Of a DNA stretch of 64,000 bases, positions 1 through 35,800 are shown piece by piece. The first letter of the stretch is position 1; each line of letters begins with the position of its first letter. The stretch covers positions 3,599,479-3,663,478 of the forward strand of contig JBNZDD010013664.1 in NCBI GenBank assembly GCA_050575255.1, written 5' to 3'. Made by a program: the position numbers and the translations under genes. Source of the DNA: Harriotta raleighana (Eukaryota). The notes beneath the pieces are model-generated. The model ran no database searches and was not told the DNA's origin. It worked only from the letters and a program-made list of their open reading frames with translations.

Positions 1-74
1 GCTGCAAGAGCGACACAAATAATAATATGCTAAGTGATGTTACATCTCAAATGGAATGAATGTATCCAGGATAT

Positions 75-352
75 TATTTAAGATAATTGGCAAAAGAATC
101 AAGGGGGAGGTGAGAATTTTATTTTATGCAGCGAGTTGTTGTGATCTGGAATGAACTACCTGAAAGGGTGGTGGAAACAGATTCAATATTAACTTTCCAA
201 AGGAAATTGGATAGATACTTTGAAAGAACAAAAAATACTGGGCGATGCGAGCGGGGGAGTGGGGCTAGATGGCAGCTATTTCAATGAGCCAGCCCAGGCC
301 ACGATGTGCTGATCGGCCACCTTCTGTGCTGTAGGGTTATGTGATTCTATCA
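75..352 (+). mobile_element. CR1 3' end fragment
   Basis: Same 3' end motif (ctggaatgaactacctgaaagggtggtggaa...cttctgtgctgta...tgattcta); similar at about 11515-11835+, 15230-15545+, 19690-19850+, 54500-54720+, 58110-58330-. Confidence 0.75.
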
Positions 353-1356
353 TAGAACTGATTTACTGTACACCCCTACAATTCACTGGATTTCTAGAGC
401 ATCTGTCACAGTCTCTCTCTCTCTCTCTCTCTCTCATAGTCACATACACACATTCTCTTATTCACATGCTCTCGTCTACACTTTACAAATATATCATTCA
501 CCATTGCCTAACACATAAACAATAAAATTACATTTACAGAGTGCCTGTCGTGTCAGGAGGATGTCCCAAGGCGCTGGGACAAACACTGTCTGACGCACAC
601 ACATTCGCACTCATATAAACACACACATGCACACACACACATGTATATCGTGTACACAAACACTGTCTGAAACACACACAAACACTCTGATACACACACA
701 CTGAATGAGATTAACAAAGAATGTTTAAAATACATTCATGATAAATATTTTTCTGTCTATTTATGCGCTAGACTTGCTCCCAATAGGACCTTTTTGATAA
801 CCAAACTGCTGCAGACATTGTTCCTTGACTTTTAGGTTATTTTGTTATTCAGTTTGGTGGTTGCGCTGGCACAGTCTGTTACACAGTCTGATCCCTATCT
901 CACATATACACTGCATTCTCTGCCAACTTGCGTGTCTGTCTGTTCATTCAACCTTAAGTGTCCACGAAGAGAACCAATACTTGGGTGAAACTCAATTCTG
1001 TGAAATTGAACTCCACCCAATTCTGTTATGATGAATTCTCTTGAATTAAACCTATTATGTGCATAGTGTGGTTCACTTGATTTGCATTCTGTGTTATGTA
1101 GGCGTGTATATGTTGACTTGGATTCTGTTGGCTGTATGTGTGTTATAATAATCCTTCCATTTGATATAGTGGTTTTCACATCCTCTGGACATGTCAAAGC
1201 ACTTCACAGAATATACAGTACTGTAAAGTGAATTGACTGTATATTTGTGGGCGAAACACGGCAGCCAATTGTGCACAGCAGCATCTCTACAAACAGTCGT
1301 GAATTGAAATGACCAATTTATAAAAAAATTTGGAGGGATTATTAGGGGTGCATTTT

Positions 1357-1389
<33 letters not shown>

Positions 1390-3763
1390 GTAGTGGAGTC
1401 TTGTAGCTTAGTGGTTACCACACTTGTCTCCCAAGCAAGAGAATCTGGGTTTGATTCCTGGTAGGATGAAACGTTGGGCAAGTGTTCTTACTCCACCCAC
1501 GTCTATTTGCCTAGCAGTAAGTAGGAACCCGATTGTTAGTCGATTGGTGGATCGCATTTCCAGTGGTAATAATTCCTTCAACATTTTAAAAAATAATTTG
1601 GTCACTCAATCCACAGCTGTTTGTGGGACACTGCTGTGTACAATTGGCTGCCGCGCTTTGCCCTCAAGATTTACAGTCAATTCACTTTATAGTATAGTCT
1701 CTGAAGTGCTTTGAGACGTGATTAAGACGGGATATCAACAAACAACAACAAAATTCCACTTGTATTGCGGCTTTCACATCAGGAGGACATCCCAAACCGC
1801 TGATAAGGTGCAATATCAAATGCAAGAATTGATATTATATTCAAAATTTTTGGACAATATCTTATTGTTTAGGACTGTGTAAATAGTATTCACAGCCAGC
1901 AAATCTTTTCGGGTAATATTCAATCTCTGATAGTGTCTGTGAATTAGTCCCATTTATATTTGGCTCTCGCCTCATCTCTTAGGAAATCACATACAGTTAA
2001 ACAGACAACAAACATCTTGCAGTTGATCTTGTCGCGTTCCCACATTGATGAAGCTGCAATGCTTCTGTGTTCAAACTCTCGGCCATGTTACATTATCTTT
2101 ATTATTTAACTTGTTAAAATAAAATTAAAACCTGCCCTCACAACCTCCTCCCTATGCTCAGATCCAACCAATCTTTGTTGCCAAGATGAGCTTTACCTGA
2201 GCTCTTCCTTAGGACGTCCTCCTGACGTGAAAGGCGCAATACAAGTGTAATTTTTTTGTTGTGTGAAAATTAAAGATCCAGTGTGACTATTGGAAAAGAT
2301 AAGGGAGTATTTCCCCAAATGTCTCCACACTTGATAGGATGTACATCATATGTAAAGTTTATTACTATCATCACAGGGTTGTAGATAAATTATTGCAAAT
2401 AAAATGTGCTTCATGGAAATCACTGATGAATTTGATAAGCTTCGCCTTGGACCTGGTTTATCTGCCAATGGAGGGTTGTTTAACTCGAATGTCCACATTC
2501 CAGCTGTCTCATCACCTCCCCATCCTCTCCTCCCTTTGCTCGGTGTCTGACGCTTTCTCTGTGAAGCAACAACAATGAATTACTGTACATTTACACAGCG
2601 CCTTTCACGTTAGGAGGACTACCCAAGGCACTGGACTGTCAAGGATTTGAACCGGAACAAGGGGATTGGGATCAGGAGGGTGGAGGGCAGGGAGGTTAGA
2701 GGTAGGTGTGTGACCGAAGTCAAGGTCAAAGAAGTGGGTCTTGAGACAGGCCTTGAAGGAGGCAAGGGAGAGAGTGAAGAGACTTGGGTTAGAGTTTTAA
2801 ATGTTGGGGGCAGAGAGGCTGAAGGCCTTTTGGGGCAGACCAGGCGGGAATGGAACAGGCTGGTGTCCGCTGAGCGGAGAGATTAATAATAATAATCCTT
2901 GAATTTGAAATAGTGTTTTTTCACGTCTTTTAGACGTCTCAAAGCTCTTCACAGAATATACTGTAAAGTAAATTGACTTTATATTTGTGGGCGAAACGCG
3001 GCAGCCAATTGCGAACAGCAGTGTCCCCCACAAACAGTCATGGATTGAAATGACCAATTTATTATTGTCTTCTTTTTGAGGGATTATCAGGTGTGTGGAG
3101 TAAGTAAACTTGCCCAAAGTTTCACCCTGCCTGGAATTGAACCCAGATTTCTCGCTTGCAAGGCAAGTGCTCTAACCACTGAGCCATTATCCTCTATGAA
3201 GGGCGCTTGCTGTGTAGATGCCCCTCATGAAGAAAAATGTCTCGAAGCCTTTCACAGGGATAATGTCAGATATTGAGCAAAGGAATCCGACACTGTCTCT
3301 CGCATTGTTCCCTGTCCTCTGGTGAAGTGTTGTGTGTTTTATCTGAAGTGTCCTGGGAAGTTTGCTGATCAGGTCAGTTGTATTGTGTTGGAGAGCAAGT
3401 AACTGTTGCAGATTTGTGCATTGTGGCAGCTCGGGTATTATTCTTGTTTTGGGAACATCAACCCAATGTGACAGATGCTACAAAAATGTAATAATAATAA
3501 TCCTTGCAATTGATATTGCACTTTGTCACTTGGTTGAGACATCTCAAAGTGCTTCACTGGGTGTAATATCAAGTGGATTGACTGCATCTAGACAGAGCCT
3601 TGGGACGTCCTCCCAACGTGAAAGGCGCTCTAGAAATGCGCTTTTGTTGTTGTTTGTTGTTGTATATTTTGTGAGTGAAACACAGCAGCCAATTGTGCAC
3701 AGCGGTGTCCACAAACAGCCGTGGATTGAGTGACCAAATTATTATTATTTTGAAGACTTGTTA

Positions 3764-4000
<237 letters not shown>

Positions 4001-5689
4001 CTAGGTAAACACAGGTGTGTGAAGTAAGTAAACTTGCCTACAGTGTTGCCGTACCTGGGAAATGAACCCGGGACCTCTCACTTGCAAGCTGCTCTCAGTT
4101 CCTACTGTACTTTCCCCACAGAGCAGCCCAGCCATAGAGGCTGGAGGCAGCTAGCTGCATCAAACTGATAGCTCCTTCCTGATGGATAATGACAGAGGTG
4201 ACACTTTGCAAACATCCACATCCTCTTGAGAACTTCACAGCCTGGTGTGTGGTCAAGGAATCAGTTGACTGCTATGAACCTCATCACACTGAATTGACTG
4301 TCCCACTGTAAATAAGAGATACCATACAGTTCACAAATACAATTGTATAGCACCTTTCATGTTGGGAGTACGTAGTAAGATGCAAATCAGATATGGAATG
4401 TAACTTCCTGCACAAAATCTTTCACACAAAGCTCCTTCCTCCTCTCCAGGTCAGTGACATCTATTTTTTTTGTTGGGGTGGGGGGAACGGGACGAGGGGA
4501 CAGATTGTTATCTGACACACACGGAAACCTATGCTCTTGGCTTTGAGTATCCAAAACAAGCTGAGGTTTCCATGTGTTCCACTTACACGTGGAAATCGCA
4601 GAGATAGATTGTCGCACGCTCTGCTTACCCATCACCACCAATGCTAGCGAGTATGCAAAGCAGATTGACAGTTCAATAGCATTCCACCTACACACACATT
4701 CCTGCGTTTGGAATGGAATGCCTGCTCCCTGCCCAGAGAGATGCATGTTGCCTCAGTGACTATTACAATACCACAGACAGTATCGTTCGGATGAGAGGTT
4801 AAACCGACGTCCCATCTCTCTCTATCTCTCTGTTCAGGTTTGATGTTAAAGATCCCCATTCAAAAGGAGAAAGGAGCTTCTCTCACCCGGGGTCCTGGTA
4901 ATCAATCCCCCCCAAATAACTCACTCCATGGTTGTTTGTGGTACCTTGCCGTGTGTAACTGGCTGCCGCGTTTCACCCACAAAACACACAGTGACTCCAC
5001 TCTGCGGTTATATGGAACCCGGTTGTTAGTCGATTGGCGAATTTCTTTCCAGTGGGTAATAATCCTTCATAATAATATTAGTAATTTGGTCACTCAATCC
5101 AGAACTGTTTGTGGGACATTGTTGTGCACAATTGATTGCTGAGTTTCTCCCACAAAGAATACAGTCAATTCATTGAACTGTATATTCTATGAAGAGCTTT
5201 GAGATGTCTGGAAGGTGTGATCAGTCAATATATCAAATGATTATTATTATTAAACTCGGGTTTGCAAGACCCAAGGAATTCAGAGTGTGTATTGAGCTAC
5301 ACCTGGAGTTTAAGCAGCTAAAACAGAATCGCGGCTTAATTGTAGTAACTCTCTTTGCTTTCTTCCAGTGTCTCTGGTGCTGAAGAGTTTAATGGGTTAC
5401 AGCCAGCCTGGTGACTGGTGAATGGATCTCACCGATGGATGGATAGCAATGCGATGCTCGGCTGCTCTAGCCATGTTCAGTCCTGGGAGCTGAAGACATC
5501 AAACCAGAGACCAAATAGCCACAACCACTGCAGTGGTTAGTGAGTGAAGTGAGACATTTACCAAGATCTTTATTGTGTGTAGTTTTCCATTCTTCCTTTG
5601 GTGGGGAAAACAAATTGGGGAATCTGTACAGTATTTATCGCTCTCGCCTCGCAAGTGAGTGAATCCGGGTTCAATTCCCGGCCAGTGTG

Positions 5690-5890
5690 ACTTGGTTGGG
5701 GGGAAGAGTTGGGAATCCAGAGAGCGGAGGACAGAGGGTAGGTGGTTGGCTGAAAGCACCGTCAAAGAGAAGGGTCTTCAGAAGTACTTTGAAGGAGGCG
5801 AGGGAGTGAGTGAGATGAAGGGAATGTGGGATGGAGTTCCAGAGGGTGGGAGCAAAGAGGTTGAAGGCCCAACTGCTGATGTTGGGGTGG
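5690..5890 (-). mobile_element. L2 LINE 3' fragment (AFNLFAPTLWNSIP...LASFKVLLKTLLFD)
   Basis: WNSLP/FKxxLKTxLF C-terminal motif of L2 ORF2. Similar L2 3' ends at about 2580-2880-, 7320-7640+, 13780-14130-, 20160-20410-, 23640-23860-, 26250-26520-, 27100-27330+, 31375-31570-, 48380-48730-, 50020-50315+. Confidence 0.7.
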
Positions 5891-6409
5891 TATATCAAAT
5901 TGCAAGGATTATTGTGGAGTCCTGTACCTCAGTGGTTAGAGCACTCGCCTTACAATTTCAGGCAGGGCAAGACTTTGGGCAAGATTCCTTACTCCACACG
6001 CCTGATGATAATCCCTCAAATAAAAACAATAATAATAAATTGGTCATTTCAATCCACAACTGTTTGTGGGACAATTGACTGCTGTGTTTTGCCCACAAAT
6101 ATCCAGTTAATTTCACTTTACAGTATATTCTGTGAAGTATTTTGAGACATCTAGAAGACGTGTAAAGTGCTACATCAAATGCAAGGATTATTATTATTAT
6201 AAACCTGTTTTCTTCCTGATGCAGTGTGCTGGTAACTGACGCCCTGATTCTCTGTTTCAGAACTCAGTCTGATATCCACCGAGACCGGAAGTGTGTGTGG
6301 AGCTGTGTGTGGGTGGGTGGGGTTGGCGTTCAGAGCTTGTGAGTGGGGTGGTGGGACAGAGTCTGTGTGAGGCGGGAGCCAGAGCCGGGTACTCAGTGAT
6401 CACGGAGCG

Positions 6410-27952
<21,543 letters not shown>

Positions 27953-30180
27953 TCCAGAGACAATGGGGATGACAGCGATGTGCCAAGGACTCTACAAGTC
28001 AGTTGGTCTCAGCCCTATGAGCCATTACCAAGCATTTATTTTCGGTGAGGAGGGGAAAGGGAATATCTACATATTCAATCCACTAAACCATCCTTCCCTG
28101 GATTACAGCTAACACTCTGCTTAAATACATCCTAGAACCCTGGGTTGGAGCAGATTACAATCTCATCATTTTGAAAGGGGGGGGAAAGGAACAGGGAGGA
28201 TATAGAAAATAATATTTTATTCCAGTAAGATATGGGCAAGAACTGGTTAAAACATGATACTCCGTGGCCAGACCTTGTTTGGTCTTTTGGTGACTGATAC
28301 AATAGCTTGCAGTGAGGAAACTATGTTCCTTTAGTTCAGGAATCTGAGATTGTTTGGAAAGCAAAGCAAATAATTGCCAAAGGATTGTTATATCTGTGTA
28401 ATTTCCTTTTTTTAAGAAAAAGCTGTGACAAAATCACAAGTGACATTCTCTCCCCTTTCCCCATCCCATTTTGCACCTGTTTTTTCAAAGTGCAAAATGG
28501 AAGATGGAAAGCATGTCGTGATTTCAAGGCAAATAGTGCAAAGCAGTAACTTTTTTTCAGGATAGGGTCAGCCTATTTTGCATATTCAAACAGTTCCCAG
28601 AGCAAAGTATACCCTTGTGGTTTCCTTAACTTTGTTGCTCGTTTCTTACCAGTGATTCAGAAATATTATTATTCTAGATGGAAATCCCCAGCTCCTCTGC
28701 ACAATCAGATGAGCTGCCCACATCAATGCTCGACACCTTCTCTAAAGAGCACAATCAGATCACCCCTCCCCACACACTCCCTCCCCCCCACCACCTTAAA
28801 AAAAAGTATGGCTTCCCAGTTACCGGCCTACAGTAACGATTACAGCGCTAAATGAATACTGTTTTTCATTATTCGTATACTGTATGTAGTTTGTGTAGTG
28901 AAGAAAACTGTAAAGCTTTTTAAAACAAATTGCAATTTTTCTGAAGTATAATTTTTAGCACAAGGATTAGTGATGGTGTTGAGATGCTGAACTGTGTGGG
29001 TGTCTTGAGTATCTGTTGGATGTGAATTGAACAGATTTAGGTGTAGGGTTAATGTTAGAAAGGGAAGCGAAGGCCAGTGGTACCGGGGATCCATTTACCA
29101 ACCCTTCTCTGGCCAACATTATCAAGTAGAGGAAGCCTTGGAATGGGCTCCAGTGCACTATTTGTTCCCAACCATCTGAAATGTTCCTCGACTTTGATCG
29201 TGTTTAGATAGAGCTGTGATAACATAACACACACCATACAGCCAGCAGCCATGCAGAGCAGTGAACTCGCTCAGTAACACTTACACTGCTGGGTACCAAC
29301 AAACAAGAAATCCTTATCTTATCAGTTTCATTGGCCTTTTTGGTGTCGCTAAACACTGCATTTTGTAATGATCCAGAATGTTTTAAAGCACATTTCAGCA
29401 CACAGCTCTTGGGAATCGAGGCACTATTGTGGATGCAGCAGATAAATGCGAGATTGGGGAATGTTGACTTAAGGTACAGCCGGATGTGTTTAGGATTGCG
29501 AAAGCGAGGAGAGAGGTACCACAGCAGGTGGTGAGAGAATGTTTTGAGAGGACAGAGGCAGGTGATTGAAAACTCAGTGATTATTAAATAGAATAAGGGT
29601 GCAGATAGAACTACAATCGAGGGCAAAGGCATCACAACCAGAATTATGGAAGTTCTTCTGAAAAAGATCCTGTTACTTTTGCTCACACACAGCTCTAATA
29701 TTTTGAACACTACATTTGGGTTTTCTGTATATCTCNTCTGAAAAAGATCCTGTTACTTTTGCTCACACACAGCTCTAATATTTTGAGTTAATTGAACCCA
29801 TCAAAAGTATATCAAAAGTATTTTTTTTCAGGCAACATGAAGCCAAATGAACAAGAGACCTTTTACTCTCATCCCAATCTAATTCAGCAAATACGTGGTT
29901 TCATAGTCAGGCTTGACTCATTTTTGCACATAACTCAGCCATCTACCACCATTTTATTTGACATCTGCATTGTCTAACCTGTGTAAAATCACTAATTCTA
30001 TGCAAAGCGAAGAAGGCTCCATGTATCAGAACTCTGGGCGAACAAGAGGAAACTCAACTTCTGAGTTGCACCATGTATATTTTAGATATTCTTACACTGG
30101 ATTTTACATTCAATTTTGATCTGTACTATTCTGCTATTTGAAATCACTTTACTATTTCTTACCAGTGTATATACTGTCTA

Positions 30181-30293
30181 AATAAATAGCACTTTGTTGG
30201 AACTTTGAATGTCTACATGTAGTGGGAGAAGGACAGGATAGTTTTCCCCCCCATTATAGGTAATTTGTTAAGAAAATATATGGATTTAATAAA
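30181..30293 (+). terminator. Candidate SYTL4 polyadenylation signals (AATAAA at 30181 and 30288)
   Basis: Two AATAAA hexamers about 2.2 kb after the stop; the second is followed by a GT-rich tract (tgttgttgttat). Confidence 0.5.
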
Positions 30294-32722
30294 GCATTTC
30301 TATGTTGTTGTTATCCGTTTCAAACTCCATCTGCTTTTAGATAAACTTGTCTCAATTTGTTCAATAGTTGTCAAATTTAACTTAATTTCACCCTAAAATA
30401 GTCAATCCATTTTGCAGTATATTCTGTGAAGCGCTTTGAGACATCTCATGGATGTGATCAGGAACTATCAAATGTAAGAATTATTATAATTAAGAAAATT
30501 ATGAAAAGGTCTGGGGAGTAAGCAGGAGAGTGTGATTAGATAACAGAATCTGCTCTAAGTGGTTTCATAGTCAGGCTTGACTCATTTTTGCGCAGTCAGT
30601 GACATCAAAGCCCAGATCACCCCCTGAGCAGCGTTATAACAAACCAATCTCTGGGTTCAATTAACTCAGCAAACCAGAGAGGAAACTTGGGCTAGTGTTT
30701 GAGAGCCACAGAGAAGGTTATTTAGTTCTTTAGGCAACTTTAATTACAAAATAAATCTAAAGTGGGAAGATTATACTTGTGTTTGTTATGACATCTCATC
30801 ACCTCGTTGAGGTATCTAGGGAAAATACTGCTGCAGAATAAGTAGTGCACACAAACCTGTCTCGGTTTGGGTTCCACGTTGGCCTTTTGGACTTCACAAG
30901 GCAGGAATATTCTGAATACTGGATTTTAAATATGCACAATGAGGTTAAGATAATAGCAAATACAAAAGCAGGGTGTATATTAACATACATAGTGGGAGAT
31001 AAGAATATTTGGAAACCCTTCAAGAACTGTTGTCACTCTGTGAAAGACTTAACAAAATTGCCGTTGAGTTTCACTCTCATACTGTACGACTAACTGAGCA
31101 AGTCTTTCTTTACATTTCTGTTTCTATTTAACATATCTAATCAGCATTACATGGTAAATTATAGTAAGGGACTGCCCATTTTAATAGCAGAATAAAGTTA
31201 CCCAGTACTTACTTTGCAGTAATAATCTCTGCTTGGTGTTTGTACATATGCACGATGGGAAAATACGGCTGTACAAGAGGTGGGTTTAGTAAATTATGTT
31301 TTAATTACAGTACAATAGAACGGTTTGTTATAAGACATGGTTTAAAGATTATTTACATATAAAATAGGTTTCAATAAACAACTTGCATTTATATAGAGCT
31401 CCAAACACAGGGCAGCGGCCCACAGGGTGTGACAGCGGTGGAGCATGAGGTCAAGCTGGGGGAAAGGGAGCTGACGGTAGGCCCGATCGAATAGGGAGAT
31501 CTTCAGGCGCGACCTGAAGGTGGGGAAGGAAGAGCGAAGGCGGAGTGAATAGAGGAAGAGTGTTTCAGAGTTTCTGATCTTGGAATAAAGAGAAAACACA
31601 CACAACATCCAATTGAAAGTTTCAACCTAAACTTGCGCCAGTCAGAACTGAGCTGAGGTGGTGGTCATGTTTCACCTCAGGAGGCAGCTCCCTCTCCAAG
31701 ACAAGTGCTCACTCGGGTACAGAGCTGGACCAGGAAATCCTGATTCCATTGGTTTAATTCAACAGATGGCTTGTATTGATGGCAGGTACACACACATACA
31801 CACTTTCCTATTGTTGCTTTGATCACGCTGCACTTACCTTCAGTGGAGCTGAATCTATCATCGACCAGGCTGAACTCAAAGCACATTAAGCTGAACTCGT
31901 TTTGATCATCTCTTGTCTGAGTGGTAGTTCATACCTATCTTGAGGCTGATGTACCACTCGCTGATGGCGAAGCTGAGAGACCACCGCTTCACCACTTATT
32001 CAATAACCAAACATGTGGCTTTCACACAATATCCAACAGTACAGATGCTCAAAGTGCAAAATCTAAACCCACTTGAACAAAAAGACTGAGCAGCTTTTAA
32101 TCACAAACAACGTTAGATGTCCAATAGTGCATGTATTACTTAAAGTTTGAACCTGTAGTGATCCTGAGCCAGTATGTTAGCATGTGAGTATCAGAGGGAA
32201 CACTCACAGGGAGTTAGTGAAAACTAGTAATAAACTAGGTTGCTAATATTTTTAATTTAAATTGTGTCACTGGGTTTTTAATTCTCCTCTCCTGCCTGCT
32301 CTCTCTATAAATTAATGAGAATCCTTACTAACGACTATAAACCTCACAGCTCCACACCAAACCCTCAGGTACTCTGTTAGTAAGTGCACAATACATTATT
32401 AACTTTGGAATGGCAGTTCTCTCAGGATTTACAAGGCTAGTGTGAGTTAAAGAAAAAAGTGCTCATTTTCACATTAAATCCATTCATTTTGTTTCATCTG
32501 AAAACACATGCTAACAATCACGATACAAGCTTCTCTGCCTGCATCATCACCCCGTTGTTAAAATCATCTTAGTACACAGATCTGAAGTGACGGTGTAGGC
32601 TTGTATTTCAACAACAAGACAGATCACTGCACACCAGAAACAAGGATGCTTTTTTTTAGTGCTACATTGAACACAAGCAGGTCACTCAGTCTGCACCGTG
32701 GCTGCCAGTGCTCTGTGTGGTT

Positions 32723-32854
32723 TCACTTCCGCAGCCAAAGCCAACTGTTGACAAAACAGGCCGTGATGATGATGGAATAGAGGATGAGTTCTTTACGCGC
32801 ACGGTCCCGGCTCTCTTGTTCCAACAACTGTAGCCTCCGATTCAATTTGTTCAG
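32723..32854 (-). CDS. MFF-like/FATE1 last exon (coiled coil plus C-terminal transmembrane anchor)
   Basis: LNKLNRRLQLLEQESRDRARKELILYSIIITACFVNSWLWLRK*; strong polypyrimidine acceptor. Confidence 0.93.
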   Translation of the reverse strand: MNKLNRRLQLLEQESRDRARKELILYSIIITACFVNSWLWLRK

Positions 32855-35800
32855 CTGCAAGACACAGAGAGAGAGAAGGTGGTGGGTGGACCCTATTGTG
32901 CGCTCAAGCGGCTCAGGTAGAAACCAGCTCAATAGCACTTGATGATCAATTATCTTTTAAGTAGTAAATGAGATACAAAGCGTTCAACTGCTCTAAACTT
33001 TTAATTGAAGAGGCGTTCGGAGAACTGGAGGTTTATGGCCAGCACTTCTGCAGGTCCCACACTGCTTGGCCAGAGAGCAGGAACCCTGACTTTGAACTTT
33101 CTCCAGCAGCAGCCGAACCATTGCACTCTGCTAGCAAACCACCACTGGCATCACCATCAACAACAAATGACATATGTATAGCGCCTTTCTCGTCAGGTGG
33201 ACATCCCCAAGACACTGCACAATAATCTAGTTCCTTATCAGGTCGCTGAGACGACTCATAAAGCACTTCATAGAATATCGTGGATGAAACACAGCAGCGA
33301 ATTGCGCCCAGCAGTGTCCCACAATGCATGTGGGGTAAGGAGACTTGCCTAAGGTTTTGCCCTGCTCCGGATCCAACTCGAGTCCTCCACCTTGCAAGGC
33401 AAGAGCTCTAAGCAATACATTGCAGGACTACACCAGTCACATCATCATAATAATCTTTGAATTTGATATAGTGTTTTTCATGTTTTCTAGACCAGTAGTT
33501 TTCAACCTTTTTCAGTCATAAGAACATAAGAATTATGAGCAAGAGTCAGCCATTCGGCCCTTCGAGCCTGCCCCGCCGTTCAATAAGATCATGGCTTTTC
33601 AAGTTTGTGGTTTTTTTTTGACCTAACTCTAATTACCAGCCATATCCCCTAATCCCTCTATTTTTAAAAAAAAATCTATCAGTCTCAGCCTTGAAAATGT
33701 TCAAGGACTGAGCATCTACAGCCTTCTTTTGGGATAGTGAATTCACTACCTCCTCTAATGTACCTCTTGTTAATTATCAACATTATCATGTACCCGCCAC
33801 CCAACCACATACACACACATACCACCCCCTCGTTCGACTTGCATTTTACGACCAAGCTTTTTTTATATAACAAAATAACTAGCACCTACAAAACAAGGGG
33901 AATAACAATTAAATATACAATTTGGAAGGCTATAAAACCCTAAATAAGAACTAAATAAACCAATGTACCCCCACCTGTACCCACTGGAAGTAATTTTGTA
34001 CCCCCTAGGGTACATGTACCCCTGGCTGAGAACCACTGTTCTAGACATCTCAAAGCGCTTCACAGAATATACTGTAAAGTGAATTGACTTTATATCTTTA
34101 CCTGGCGCCGGAGTGTTACAATTTCCATCACACTGAAATTTTCGAGAACTCCCTCGGGGACTCCGTAGTCGTGGGAAATGCTGCAAATTACAGAGACAAA
34201 CTGTCAACAAATCAATTCATTCCTTAATACTGGCTGCAAAAAGGGTAACTGCTTCACTTTGACCCTTTAATTTCAAATTAATTTCATCTTTACATTCCTG
34301 TGGAAGGACTCAGTTTGGAAGGACTCAGTGGGAGAATTCAGTGCTTTAAAAATATAATTTTGTTGTTACTGCGAGTTAGCTTTGTGTGTTCTTTATTTTG
34401 TTTCAGCACTTGGCTATGTGCCGTGCTCTGTGATGCAGAATAACACACTGCCATGGGCAGCCAGTGCAGCCACCAGGTGTAACTGCAGTGCGTACATACA
34501 CAGATGCTCTGTGATGCATAATGCCACAGGGTCACTTTGACTCGGCAGCCACCAAGTGTAACTGCAGCAAAAAAAACCATAAACTTGAAAATAACTCATG
34601 AATGATAGGAGATACACAAAAACAAATATGCCCATGTCATTCCCAAGTGCAAGACATTCCCGATGAAGCATAAATCATGCTTCTATGTCAATCAATTATT
34701 GAGAGCCTTCTTGAATCGCAGACAGACATTGTATTAGTATAAAGATAAATGTACATAACCAAATGTAGATTTTGTAGTTATGTTTGTCAAATAAACCCAT
34801 TAAAACAACCAGCAACTCTGATTTTTGACAAACACTTTATAAGCAAACAGTGAAAGAGTTTCAAGCCCACACGATCACTACTGCACCTCCCCATATGTGA
34901 ATATGGAGAGGGGAAGCGTCGTCATTGGGTGGGAGAGGGAGAGAAACCAAGAGAAAATGGCAAACAATACAAACTACATTTGTTATATACGCTACTAATA
35001 TTTTTCACCAGTCCCACGGTGGATTAATGTGTTACCGGGGGTATTATCCATAGCTGTGGGGTAGTGGCTAAGAATATGGACACCCCCGTTAATATTATTT
35101 AGGCTGGTTTCCCCGGACATACAGGTGTTTTTTTTAGGAATTTCAAGGTAGTCATTTTTTATGAAAANTGGGGTAGTGGCTAAGAATATGGACACCCCCG
35201 TTAATATTATTTAGGCTGCCTATACTGGTTTCCCCGGACATACAGGTGTTTTTTTTAGGAATTTCAAGGTAGTCATTTTTTATGAAAAGGCATGAAAGNC
35301 AGGTTGACTGACTGGTCAGAATTTGTCACTAAACTAGTTTCCTATTAAATTATAGTATCTAATCTGTCATTAATCACTTGAACCTTAACCTTCATTATTA
35401 ATCTTGTATCCCAAACTTTCCCAAAGTCTGGAAAGCCAAGCAGATGCATTCCATTATTAACCAAATTTAGTATCTTCTCAAACCTTCTTGGTTTGTTAGG
35501 TGTGTGACCGTTCCTATGAAAACCACACTGACTGTTCCCTACACGGCCTGCATTCCCCAGATTAACATTGACAGCACTTCAAAAAGTGCTCTTCTGAATT
35601 CTCCTCAGGACCAGGGTTGAGCAAATATTGGTTGCCTTTCATGCTTTTCAATGTAAAGGCAATGTTTGCTTTCCTTCAGTGCTAAAGTACAGCTGTTGGG
35701 TAGTGTAATATTACCCAGTGAGGTGCCTATCAGCCATGGACTAACAGAATGGCAGAATAGGCTTGAGGGGCTGAATGACCTACTCCTGGAACATTTGCTT

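Noticed and set aside
5369-5550. Possible SYTL4 5' UTR exon (acceptor tttgctttcttccag)
   Set aside because: Plausible, but the donor is ambiguous and there is no coding phase to test it.
29204-29710. 168-aa ORF on the - strand within the SYTL4 3' UTR
   Set aside because: Non-ATG start, no recognisable motif or supporting splice structure.
29656-29790. Duplicated segment of about 50 bp in the SYTL4 3' region
   Set aside because: The second copy starts right after a single N (29736); likely an assembly artefact.
35058-35290. Tandem duplication of about 110 bp
   Set aside because: The copies are joined at a single N and differ by a small indel; likely unmerged alleles or contig ends.
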